Shown: in pieces, positions 12,432-25,300 of the stretch
Position numbering within the stretch: position 1 is the first letter of the stretch
How the letters are laid out: each line of letters begins with the position of its first letter
DNA from: Vicugna vicugna
Lineage: Eukaryota
Length of the DNA stretch: 64,000 nucleotides
Reading direction: 5' to 3'
NCBI GenBank assembly: GCA_013265495.1
Contig: MU058718.1
Location: forward strand, 2,232,001-2,296,000
Notes under the pieces: model-generated
What the model saw: only the letters and a program-made list of their open reading frames with translations
Database searches by the model: none
Told to the model about the DNA's origin: nothing
Made by a program: the position numbers and the translations under genes

Positions 12432-12960
12432 TATCATTCATTCAACAAATATTATTGACTGCTCACAATATACTAGGTTCTATTCTAAGTTATGGATGTA
12501 GTGATAAAATATGCAAGGCCCCCGCCACAATAAGGTAATGGTTTAATGAGACAGGCAGGGATAAACAAGTAAAAAAATATATATATATATATTATATATA
12601 TATATATGAATAATTACAGATTGTGATAAGAACTACAAAGGATCAAATAGAAGAGGAAAACACTACAGACCTGCTTACATAGGATCAACAGGGAAGGCTT
12701 CTCTAACTCAATGATGTGTAAGCTGAGACCAGACATATGAGAAGAAACAGAGGGAATGGCTTTCAGCAAAGAGAACTGTGTGTGCAAAGGCCCTAAGATG
12801 TTGCCTAAAGTTTGGCAGATATGAGGAATGGTAGAACAAGATGATTTTGAAGAAGTTGGCAAGGTCTAGGCCATGCAGGGCCTTATAGGCCATGAAACGA
12901 AGGATTCCGTTTAGATGTGTGAAGAGCTCAAATGTGTTCACAGCTGAGAGATCTGTAAGG
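12432..12960 (-). mobile_element. L2 3' end with an embedded (TA)n
   Basis: tcattcattcaacaaatattattgactgc is the reverse L2 tail, followed by gggaaggcttctct...gcaaaggccct. Confidence 0.75.
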
Positions 12961-13242
12961 GATTGTTTGGCCAGAATAGGTTGTTAGTAAATACAGTGTA
13001 AATATGTCAAGGTGGTTGTGATGAAGAGTGAGCACTATTTCTCGTAAGTGTTCTGAGTGACAGACTAATGATTTCAGGAGTGATTTTAATTCAGTATTGA
13101 AATGCTTAGATTCTTACTGCTGATAATTTGTTCAAAAGATGAACTTTCTCTTTTGATTAGGGCCTTTAACTTAATCAAAATGTGTATTACATAAGTAGTA
13201 CATGTCAGATTTTTCTACCAATTACATCTCTATTTATTTCAG

Positions 13243-13364
13243 TGCTCTTCTTTTCAATGAAGTAAGATATATCAACACCCTGGGAGACCTTCAGAACATA
13301 GAAAATGCTCTGAAAGGAAAAGCAAACATTGCATTCTCATACGTCAGAGCCATTGGAACACCAG
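13243..13364 (+). CDS. TXNDC16: TXNDC16 coding exon (122 nt): [40 protein letters not shown]
   Basis: tttatttcAG|t gct ctt ... cca g|GTattt. Not in the ORF track. Confidence 0.95.
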
Positions 13365-16300
13365 GTATTTACTAACACTTAACTTTAATTTTTGCTTTGC
13401 CTCCATACATGTGTGTTCATGTTGAAGGTCTTTACATAGTGTATTTTGACCACAATCTTAACATTTTAAAATAAATTTAAAGCATCTTTTACTATTATAT
13501 TTTCTTTCTTCAAACAGGCAGCATAGTATAGTGGTTGAACATGAACTCTGGAGCCAGATGGCCTCGGTTAGGCTCCCTGCCCCACCAACTGCTTATAAAG
13601 TGACCTTGGACAACTTATTTATTTAACCTGTTTCCTGCTCACTGAGACGGTGAAAATAACTGTGTCCACCAGTTAGTGTTATTGTGAGGACCAAGTGCAT
13701 TTGAATAATTAAAATGGTTCCTGGCATATACTAGGTGCTCTGTAAGTGTCAGCTATGACTGTTTTTATTTTCTGACAGTCCTCATGGTACCTGATACAGT
13801 AGTTTATAGTATTTGATAAATGTTCTTGACCGACTTGGCGTTCTTTTTATTTTGGTGTTTGCTGTTTATGACATGTTTCTTGATTTTGTTTAAAAACTTA
13901 ATTTTGACAGCAGCACCTGGGGCATTAATATGTAGTTTTGTCATAAAGAAGTTTATAACTGTTTTATGAAGAGCTTATAGTTATACTTTCAGGACTTTTA
14001 TTGTTAGTGACTGTAACTTGAACATGTTAACATCAAATGTTAAAGACATTTAAAAATTGTATACGCTCTATGAAATTAAGTCATTTATTGGAAGTTTCTC
14101 TTTTTATCTACGTAAAACTTGACGGCTACACCGCATGCCCCTGGACTTACTGCAGCTGTAAAATAATACTCCACAGCCAGCCTGCTTTCTGCTTTCTTCC
14201 CAGGGCCCTTCAGGCTGTTGTGTTTTGTCCACAGTGTGTAATTGTAATCAGCGAGAGGGATGAGCCGTAGACAGCTTACACTGCCACAGTGGAGCCGTAT
14301 TTTAGCAGGATCAGTCTGACTTCTGTGTTTAGAATAGACTGGAAGGAGCAGCAGTGGAATAAGGGAGAAAATCAGGAAGTTATCGTAAGCACGCAGGCAA
14401 GAGATGATGGGGAGTGGCTTGGACCCGGGCATTAGCAATGGCAGTGGCAATAAATTTGAATTTTAGCGGTAGCTTGGATGGAAGACTGACTGAACTTTCT
14501 GACATATTGGTTGTAGAGTGAGAGAGAAATAGAGGCAGGGTGGCTCTGGGATTCTGGCCGAGCGACTTGAAAGGTGATATTGCTGATAACTAAAGTGGGT
14601 AAGACTGGAAAGAGCTTGGAGAGGGAGCTCTGGGATCCACTTGTGGATATCACACTTGTGAAATACCCAGTAGACATCCAAGTAGAGATATCCGCAAGGT
14701 AATTGGCTGTTACTAGTCTGCATTTGATGGTGGGGACAGAGACTAGGGATATAAATGTGTGACATAAAGTTGTGAGGCCAGAAGAGATCACGAAGGGAGT
14801 AAGACTAGATGGAAAAGAAAAGACTGAACTCATTAGATACTTGAACATTCACAGGTCAGTAAAAGAGGCCAGAGGAATGGCCTGTGTGCTAGGAGTGCCC
14901 TGTAAGCAAAGTGAAGATAGGGTTTTAAGGAAGAGATAGGAGCAATTGTGTGACATGATGCTGAAAGGCAAATTAAGAACTACCAGTTGGCCATTATGCT
15001 TAGCAATACAGAGGTTATTGGTGACCTTGATGGGCACAGTTTCTGTAGAGTGGAAGGGGTAAGTGTCTACTGGGGTAGAAGAGAACAGGTAGAGAAAACC
15101 TGGAGACAGTGGCTAGAGAGATTCATTTGAGAAGTTTTACTACTAAGGGAAGGAGAAAAATGGGGTAGTGGCTGGAAGAGTATATGGAGTCAAGGGAAGA
15201 ATTTTTTGAGAAGCCTATTTGTATGTTGACAAGAAAGATCCCGTAGAAAAAGGGAAATGCATCAATGGAGGAAAAAGAGGGGCGAATCATTGGAGCGACA
15301 TCTTTGAGTAGACAAGAGGAGATGGAATCTGGTGAACAAGAGGAGAGGTAGTTCTTTATGGGGAGCACAGAAAATTCAGCTATGGTATTAGAAGGGGAGA
15401 CAGACTATAGCATCAGTTAAGTGGGTAGATGGATATGGTGCTGGGGGCTGTTTTGGTTTTGCTTTCTTAATTGGTTCTGTTTTCTCAATGACATAGAAAT
15501 CAAGTCATCAGATAGTCTGAGGAGAGGAGTGATGAGACAGTTGTTTCAGAAGGCCTGAGAATAAAGAATGGTTGCTAGGCAGCAGTAATAGCTGATGCCA
15601 GAAATCTGAAGTGAGGTCATTCGCATGGTGATGCTAGCAGGTTTTTGTTTTCTTTCCTTTTTTCCAGCCATATTCACTTTTATGGATGTAAGTACAGAAG
15701 AGATTATTTGATTTAACCTGGATTGTGTTTTAGCCAAACAGGCAGGGAAGTGATTATAAAGATTGACCATGGGATTTAAGCTGGGTGAGGAGGGAAGAGA
15801 GGACCTGAGGTGGGTAAAGGACAGTAAAAATGGTAGGATTGTAGGTCCTGAAAGGTTGAAGTTAGGTACTAGGCAGAGTGACCTGGAGATGGAAGGGTGT
15901 ATGTGTGTGTGTGTGTGTGTGTTTGTGTGTATGTGTGTGTGTGTTGAGGGGGAGGGTGGTAGACATTGAGATTTTGGAGGAATTTGCACTGATTGGTAAT
16001 TATAAGCCCTGGACTGGGATCAGAGCAGAGAGTGGTTAAGGTAGGGCTGATGAGAGATCATTGGAGTGTCTTGAGAAGACTAAGGACTGAAGGGTCTGGA
16101 TTTTGCAAGGATTATCTATGGGGATAGTAAAATAGCCAAGGATTATGACAGGAGTAATATTGAAGAGCATGACAGTGTGACAGAAGCTAAATTTTTTGTG
16201 AAAAGAGTGAGGTGGTAGATGACTCCAACAAGGCAGAGTAGTGAGTAGAAAAGTCTGATGGTATGTGATCCAAGTAGTAGAAAGTAAGGTCGGGGAGGGG

Positions 16301-19300
16301 AAGATAACTACCTGGAAATGACAGTGAGGAGAAAAGGGAAAGTGAGATATGAAAAGGAAATTTAAGAGTATTGGGAACAAACACTACTCTACAGTCTTCC
16401 AGAAAGCAAAATATACTGCAGTTAAAGGGTCAAGAATCGGAATGGCCTGGGACTTCTCGACTGCAGCCTGGGAACTGAAGGAAATGGAGCAATGCCTTCA
16501 AAATTCTCAGTGGAAATGACTTGAACCTAGAATTCTGTATGCCGACAGCTGTAGTTCGTTATGAAAGTGGAATGAAGACACTTTGAGAAGTATAAGGTCA
16601 CAAAAAATGTGTATTCCATATATCCTCTCCCAGGCAGGTGCTAGAGAACAGGGGCAAGGGAACAAACTGATCAAGAAGATGTGGGTAACAGGCCAAGGGA
16701 CCCAACAAAAGAGCAAGAGTAAGAGAACCGCAGGATGATGAGGAAGTGAGTTCCCAAGATGAAAGTATCAGAGTCCACAGTGGAGCAAATCAGGAGACTC
16801 TGCAGAAATCTCTGCCACAAGAAGGAACTGGTAGTGTACCTGATGTATTTGAAGCACTGAGAGGACTAGACAGTTGTGGGAGAATTTAGGAATCCATTAG
16901 GAAGAAATCTAAAGAAAAATAAACATTGTGAAAACAATGGTGAAAAAAAGGGAAATGTGTTCATTTTGTACTGTATGGCTCATTTGTTAATAGTACTTCC
17001 TGAATTATAGCAGTACAAATACTGACTATTGATCTAATAAAAATTAGGAGATATTGGCCAGAGTTGAGGGGATAGGATTATGTACATTAGTGAGTGGGGT
17101 TTCGGGAAAGAGAGCTAATTTATCTTCCGTAGTGGGATGTCAAGAGATAATATTAACCCTAAAAAGAAAAATCAGGAGATGAAGAGTGTAAGAATGTCAT
17201 TTAGAGACTTGGATGTAAATACCAAAGGAAAGAGTGAAAGAGTTGAAAGAAGTTGTCCCTTGGGAACTGGAAGTAGGGTCGAGGGCAGAGGAACTGTTGC
17301 TTTTCTTAATATACCCTGTAGAATTGTCTCTTTAAACCATGTATAAGTTTGATTAAAAATTACAGAATTAGACAGAAGTAGTACACAGGCATTTTCGTAC
17401 ATCAAATATAACATATGAAAGTTGTATGGGGAATTCATATTCTCTTCCCTTCTGCTGGGAAGAAGCTCTAACAGATTTGTCATACATTCTGAAGTCGAAT
17501 TCATTTTCTGCTCCCTCTTAATTCTTCTCTGACCTTGAATAGAACAGACTTTTTTTTATAACTTCTTTAACTGCCTGCATTTTCCCAGCTGGGATCCCTA
17601 CAAAGGACTTTTCTTTAAACATAACAGAGCATAAATGTGTGTGGGGCAGGATTCAGAAGAGAGTCACACCAACTAACTCGGCCTCTCTCCCATCTCCCGT
17701 CTCTCCTCCTTAGAGCACAGAGCAGTCATGGAAGCTGCTTTTGTGTATGGGACCACATACCAATTTGTCTTGACCACAGAAATTGCCATTTTGGAAAGTA
17801 TCGGGTATGTATAAGACACATAAGTTAACAATTTTAAGTTCATTTATTTCACATTACTTATTCAACATTTCCATCATACTCTGACAGTACGGACTTACCG
17901 GAGAGGAATCATAAGCAGATGTGAATATATAAATGAAACCTGAAATCTTCTTTATTTTGATCATCTGCTGTACTAAAATGAATCAAATACACAGAAGTGA
18001 TGTTAAACTAAGGGAACAAAGACAACGTGGATACGCCACAAGGTGTGACCCCTTGAGTGGCCAGGTGTATTTTAGGACTAGGTGTCCCACCGTGATCAGA
18101 TAGGTGGCAGACCAACAGCTTTCATAACTAGGCACCAGAGGTTCCTCCTGAGAGTTCCGTAAGTTACTCTGCCAGAATAGTCTTGAATATATTTAAGTAC
18201 AGTTTTGAACAGAATGTTTTAAATGTTTAATTTGCTTGTCTAGTTTCAGCTTGCAATTTTAGGTAGAGATCTTCTTTTCACTGTTTCTGTCTGGGCAACC
18301 TAGGGTTAAAGTTTTTCTTCCATTTAGCACATAGGGACACAAGGAATAACCAGTGCATTTTAAAGACTTCAAAGTTTGGCTTCAAAATGTTCTTCAGGAA
18401 AATTAACCCAAAGCAAGGCAAAATGGTGATTGTGTGACCTTTTTAAACCATGCAGGAGTTTTTAATGAGCTCTCCTGCTGACCTCTCAGAAAATAGTGAC
18501 TATTTGATATACCACGCACAATTAATTAAATCCGAGACATTTTACAACTCTGTAAATTTGTGTGTGTGTGTGAGGAGTGGGTAGGCAGAGGATGAAGTGC
18601 TTACAAAGAAAAGTTATGTTTTTATTGCTCTGTACAACATCCTTTTCCATCAGTCTCTTCTTATTAAACTGCCATTCTGCTGGTTCCTTCCTTAATGAGT
18701 TAAACAAAAGTTTGATGCATGTTTTCTATTTGTATAAGACTTAATGTTCTTAACAGTTTGCGGATCATGCTGCCAGTACCACAGAGCTCTGTGGTAAGTA
18801 GTTACGGGGTCTCAGGATACATACAGTAAGCAGTAGTTTCGCCGGCTGCTTTCCTGCTCCCAGTGTGGACTGCCAGTCTCCCATCTTGGAATGGGGGAAG
18901 CCTTGCTAGCCCCAGTCCCATGGTGACTGTCTGCTAGCCCCATAGTTTCTCTGAGGTTGCTTCTACTTTCTCTTGTGTTACCAGCTTCTTTGTTTTTCAG
19001 GTAATGAATAATTACAAATAGCAGTGACATGCTTAAAACAGAGAGAGGTAGTTACTTACTGGCAAGGTGTGGGTCCTCTCATTTATCTTCCAAATCCTGT
19101 TGGGCAAGATAGACTAATACTGACCTATGACTGAGCGTGCTAATGTCTAGAAGGGATTTTGCTTTCCTCCATTTTAAAAATGAGAATTAAAAAATGTAGT
19201 TATTCTGTTTTTCATGTTCTTTGAGTATGTGATATATTGGACATGTTTGCACGCTCATTTATTCATGGGTAACAAAATGGTGCGGTGTCCTACCTGGACC

Positions 19301-22300
19301 TGATAGGACAGGGAAGGACTGTGGATTCAGAATATGTAGTCTTAACATCACTTCTGGATGTAGTTGTCTGTGACTTTGAGCTGTCTCCTGATGAAGAGGT
19401 GAATATATTTTTTTCTTTGATTAACTTCTTTTGACTTTTCTCATTTGTTCATTCTTTCATTCGACAAGTATTTACTAAATGCCTTCTGTATCCTAAGCAC
19501 CATCGCAGTTGCTAGGGCTGTAACATTGGCTAAATTTAGTGTGTTAGCTGTCACATCCTGTTGGGCCAGACGCCAGCGGAGAAGGAAGGGTGTGTGTGAT
19601 AGATAGCACAGAGGTCGCGCGCCGCACGGACACCGGCACTCTCTGCTGCCTCCCCATGTTCCCTCCCTGCAGAATCTGTGTGTGGGCCAGGAAGGATGTT
19701 GCCCCACCACATACACGCACAGTCAGTTAAATCAGAGGCGGCCGCGCGACCTAGAGTCAGCCAATCTGTTGACTTACCCGAACGAATGAGATACCGTCTT
19801 CCAGGAACTTGGAATGGGACATGGAGAAACTGGGTTATGTAGCATTTTGGCTTCCTTGCTCACGGGAATGTTTTGCTCACGTAGAAGTAGAGGAGAAAGA
19901 GCTGGGAGCCAAAAAGTGTTAATGGCAAAATCAAGGTCCCTGAACTCTTGCTGTTCAGATCTACATGTTTATTCTCTGACCAGTTACTTGAATTTTCCTT
20001 GTGTTCTGTGAGAAACTCTTCTAAACTTCCAGTATATTCCCGTTACCCCCACCTTTTTGGTTTCTGTTTCCTACAACCAGATGACCTCTGATTAAATAGC
20101 TTTTCAAGATTATTTTATTATTTCAAAGGTTATGAGATGTGGTCCAACCTCAGCTGGGTCCTCTTGCTCTCATACTTTTCTTTCAGCAATATGTGACTGT
20201 TTGGGGTTCCCTTCAGAAAGTCAAGTACTTTGATTGGGTCTTGGCTATTTAGTTCCTTTTGTCTGAAATACCCACTTGTCTGTCTTCTTGGAGAAGTGAT
20301 TCTTTCTTACTGTTTTTAATCTTTATGATGATCTTCCTGTCCCTTTCCTTCCTTCTCCTCCCCAACTTGAGACAGAATGAAATATTTCTTTGTTTCTCAT
20401 AGCATTTGTATATCATAGCACTTAAAAGCTGCATTTTAATTGTTTTACTAAATATATGTCTTTCAGTCTAAGCCCCCGAAGGAATTGAATCATCTTATTC
20501 ACCTTAGTCTTTTGTGCTTAGCGCAGGGCGTAACATAGTAGGCATTAAATAATCTGAGTGATCATTTCTTTAATCATTGAATCTGTCAGAAATTACTTTT
20601 TGATTAAATGTTGAAATCAGTGAATCTTGGAACTCAGTTAAAGCATGTATCAAGAATTAAAATAACATTGTAAAAATAAAAATTTGCAGTATTTTGCCAA
20701 ACTCTACTAATGCCATATGGAGATTTTTTAAATGCTATTTTAATTTTGGCAGACCTTACTTACTCACTGTAAGTTTATCTTTGAATTCTCATGTTGAAGG
20801 GAATGCCAAAACTCAAATTATAAGCCATATTTGCTGAGCTTTGTAATATTTCAGATACAAACTCACAAACTCCCACAAAGTGTCACATGGTTTCTATCTT
20901 AAGGCATGTTTTGGCTGAAGTTTATTTAAAACAGATTTGGGTTTAAATTAAACCTAGAAGATTTGTGTTACAAAGCTTTATTTAGCATAGCTATAGAAAA
21001 ACAAATATATTTTAAGATAATCTCATTGTCCTCAAGGTGACAGTCTTTTATCTGAAAAAAAAAAAGAAATGTAGACCTGTCTCTAACCTAATTTAGAAGC
21101 TACTGTATGAAAGAGTTGAGGAAAAAAATTGTTTATAGAGTTCAAAAATTTCTTTAATCTTCTTTTTTGCTCAGGTCCTTTTCATTTTGTTGTATTTTTA
21201 CCAAAACAGTAATTCAGAAGCGTTGAGACTAGGACAAAGGGATTTGTCATGTCTTTGCACCATAGAGGGATCACACATTGAACTTCAAGTGGGTCTGTTC
21301 CTAATTTTTAATTTGCAGCACTGAGGATATAGAATACGCACATCTCTACTTTTTTCATTGTAAGCCAGTCTCGGACTTGACCCAGCAATGTAGAAGAACA
21401 CTAATGGAACAGCCACTGACTACACTGAACATTCATCGGTTTATTAAGACGATGGAAGCACCTCTGCTGGTATGTGTCTTATTTAAATATGTTAGATGAT
21501 TTATATCTAACTTCTATTGTTTTGATTCACAGATACGCATTTTACTTAGATGAGCTATGTCTTTTCCCCTTGGACATATTTATTTCATTTAGGCAGATTT
21601 AGGAGTAGTTCCTCATTAAAGGTAGAATAGAAGATACACTGTGTATTCATAAAATGATATTTTAATGCCTTGAACCATTGTTGTTCAAGGTAACCATTGC
21701 ATAATTATAGTGGTAGTTGTAATGAACTGTGGAAATATTCTGTGGTAGTTATAATGAACTGTGACCATTCGAAGACCACAAAGATTACATCATGGGTTAA
21801 GAAAGGACCTCTTTTGGAATGTTTTGATCCCCATTTTAAAATTTCATGAATATTGGAATTGTAGCATTTCTGGTGCCCCACTTTCCTTACCACAAGCCTG
21901 GAAGAATTTTAGAGAGACTCAATAGGTGATCAGCAGACTTTTCTCCCTGAAAAAAGGGTTGTCCTGAGCATACGTAAAACCTTCAGTAGGCCTTCTCACT
22001 CACTGTGCCCTTTTAAAATAAAAAGTGTGCATATGTATTATACATAATCCAAACAGTGCTGCAAAGTATAAAAGAAGAAAAATTTTAAAAGCCATTGAAC
22101 TCCATACTCAGAAATGAACTGTAAGAAGCACACGAGTCATCTCTGCATCCACATGGGTACACACAGGTAGAAGGATGGATGGATGAATAGACACAGTGCA
22201 TGAGCTACTGTGCAGTAAGAAGTGTTATACTTAATCTTATTTAAATTTAACAGAAGAAAAAGAAACGTGAAATTAGAGGGATTATGGAACTTTTGAGAAA

Positions 22301-25300
22301 TTATTTCTTCCTCACTAGGGGGCTCTTTAGGAAATATTGTCTTAAGTGTTAAAGTGATTATAAAAAACATTAAGAAATGAAAATCATTATTTAAAAAACC
22401 CTACATTTCCATTTTAGACAATATTAATTTCTTTCTTTCCGTAAAAGATGAGAAAATAAACTTCATATGTTTATTTCCACCTCAGCTCCTCTTACCCTAC
22501 TGATTTTAGTTTTGTGTTATTTTACATTGTGAAGTTTATAATATTTAGATTGCATTTTATAATCATAATTCCCACTTTTTAAAAAAGCCTTGCTTCCACG
22601 TTTAAATAGATACAGACCTCCCTGGTCCCAATTTTAGTGGCTTCATTCCTGAGTTCTCTATTTTGGTCAGTTTTTGTTTGGTTAGATTTTGGCTTCAAAC
22701 AGCATTGAAAAAAAAAAAAAGCACCAGGTCTTTTTCCCTTCCCTTTCACATGGTGGAGGAGGGAGGCATTTGTCTTACTTCCATGGGAGGATGTCCTCTG
22801 GATTTGTTTTGATCTTTCAGTTCACCATAAAGCCCTGAGAGACAGAACAGTTCATTGGACAGGTCCTCACCGTTTCTATCCAACCTCATTTCCTTTTCTT
22901 CCAATATTGAGATATTATTAAGAATTCTCAGGATTTTGTCCGCTCACCAGTACTGTTTTTGCTATTGAGGGTAGGATTAGGACTCATCCCCAAACTTTGC
23001 TAAAAACTTCTGTTCTTTTTTGGCTGCAACATTCTGGCTTGAAGTTGTGCCTCTTTCCTAACGTTTCTGCTTATAAACTTTCTTTTGCTGTGTTGAAAAC
23101 TGTTGTTTTCTTTAAATAGATAATGAGGAGGGAGATTCTCTGATTTTACTTCACTTTACTAAACTTACCAAGAATTATGCAATGTTAGTTTTGAAAATAA
23201 AAAATGAAAACTTTGGAGACTTCGTAATGACCTTGGGATTCAATTCAGTGTGGCTTCACTTGAAACATGATGTGGCAAAAATCAAGGGCACTGTTTATAT
23301 TCTGTGTGAATGGTAGCCCCTGAAACAGACATGTTGTAAACAGCAATGTGAATTCCTCCCTGGGATTGTGCAATGCAGGTGACCCTGCTCTATGCCACTG
23401 TTCACCTAAAAGGAATATTAATTTGACAGTCAAAGTCCCTTCTGAAGTAGCGTTTGTCTCAACACTCTCACAGAATTTTGCATAAGTGCATCGTTGCCTC
23501 AGTGTCTTATTTGAACTCTTTTTTTCCCTTAACAACTGGGATGTAGGATTCAGGCAGACATTCCAAAAGCATGGCTAGACACTGGGATAGGTAGGAATGG
23601 CCAGTAGCATGGAGCCAAGAAAGATCTGAAAGGCAAAACTCGGTGCTGGATTCGAGAGCCATGCTGAGGATCTCCACCTTGATGTTGGCCTAGAAGGGCT
23701 TGGCAGTCCAAGAAGCACAGATTAATGGGCTTTTACAGATCAGAGCAGAGCAAATGAATGCAGAGTGCAGGAAAGGAGACAGAGCCTCGGACAATTCCTT
23801 AGCTTCTCGGTGAGATGGCTAAGGCTTACCCTTGTGGGGGTGGGAAGATGTTAAAGGGTTCTGAGCTAGTTTGGTTCCTTTTACATTTTGGTACTTTAAA
23901 CATTTGGCTGTATCGGTATGTAAGGCTGTTGCAGAATATACTGGAGGTTAAAAAACAAAGTGAGGCCAAGCACTTTTATAAGAAACACCTCTTAAGTGAA
24001 AATTTGATGTAACTGGATTATGCCTTTTGACAGTGTAGTTAATTAGATAAGGGGATGGTGAGGTCCTGAAAGTTAGTAGCTGAATTTGATTACTTCTTAC
24101 AAATTTCTCCGTACAAGACTTTGCAGTAGTGTACTTTGAATGAGTGTTTCTTACTTTGTTCTTATTTCCTCAAGGCCCCACTGATGCTCATATTTCCCTC
24201 TCACATCACTCTTAACTATTCCTACTTTATTGTCAATCTGTATACAAGCCTTTGAGGTTCAGTCATTGTTGGGTTTTGTATGGTTAGTAAGATGTTTTTG
24301 CAAAGTAGCCTAGGTGCATGGGTCCAGAATCTGAAATAATTTCATTTGTTTACATTATCTATAAACATTAATAAAAAGGGAAACCAGGCTTCAGACTTTT
24401 TGGTAAACTTCGGGTGTGTGATCATTGCAATTATATGCATTATTACTTCACTTCTAAGCGTATGAAAATAGATGCAGATTAGGGTTTTGTGTATATATTT
24501 ATGTGTGTATGTTAAGTAGATAGGGTACTTGAATATTTAAATATTGTAGATGTGTAACATAACTGTGTCTTATAATCATGATAGGGACATGTCATTTTAA
24601 TTCTGACAAACTGAAAATAAATCTTAAGCATAGAAATTTTAAGTGATTTCAATCTTAAATTGATTAAGTGAGATTCTGGCAGGTGTGGAATTACCCTAGA
24701 TGCATTCTTAAGGTTCCCAGCAATGAAAAGAGATGGGAAATGGTTCAATTGTTGTTCTGTTGGCTAATCCCAAGGGCATTTTGGAATGCTGTTGATTTTC
24801 GCTATGATCAGTTTATACTGATGGATGGAAAATTTTTATTTCAATACTAGGAAGAATCTTCAAGTGCAAATATCTGATAAAATGTTTAGAATAGATAAAC
24901 TATTATATAATCACTTTTCTGTAAATTTTATTTTTGTTTATGCATCTGAGATAACTGTCTCAGACAGATCCAAGACACTTGAATTAAATTAAGCCTACTC
25001 TTTTACATAGGTAGTTAGAACGATGCTATTATGGTTTATTAATTTAGCTTCTCCTATTCCTTGAGGGCTCATGTGGCAGTGTACAATATTATATAGCATG
25101 GTGTTGGCTTCTGACATTATTGTCTCATATCCTTTTTTTTTGTTGTGGCAAAAAATGTGTAACATAAATTACCCTCTTCACAATTTTTACGTATACAGTA
25201 CAGTATCCTTAACTCTATGCACATTGTTGTACAACAGATCTCTAAAACTTTTTCATTTGAATGACTGAAACTCTATTCCCATTCATAAACAACTCCCTAT

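Noticed and set aside
17893..17945. Antisense micro-exon suggested by a strong minus-strand donor (CCG|GTAAGT)
   Set aside because: The nearest minus-strand acceptor lacks a polypyrimidine tract and there is no other support.
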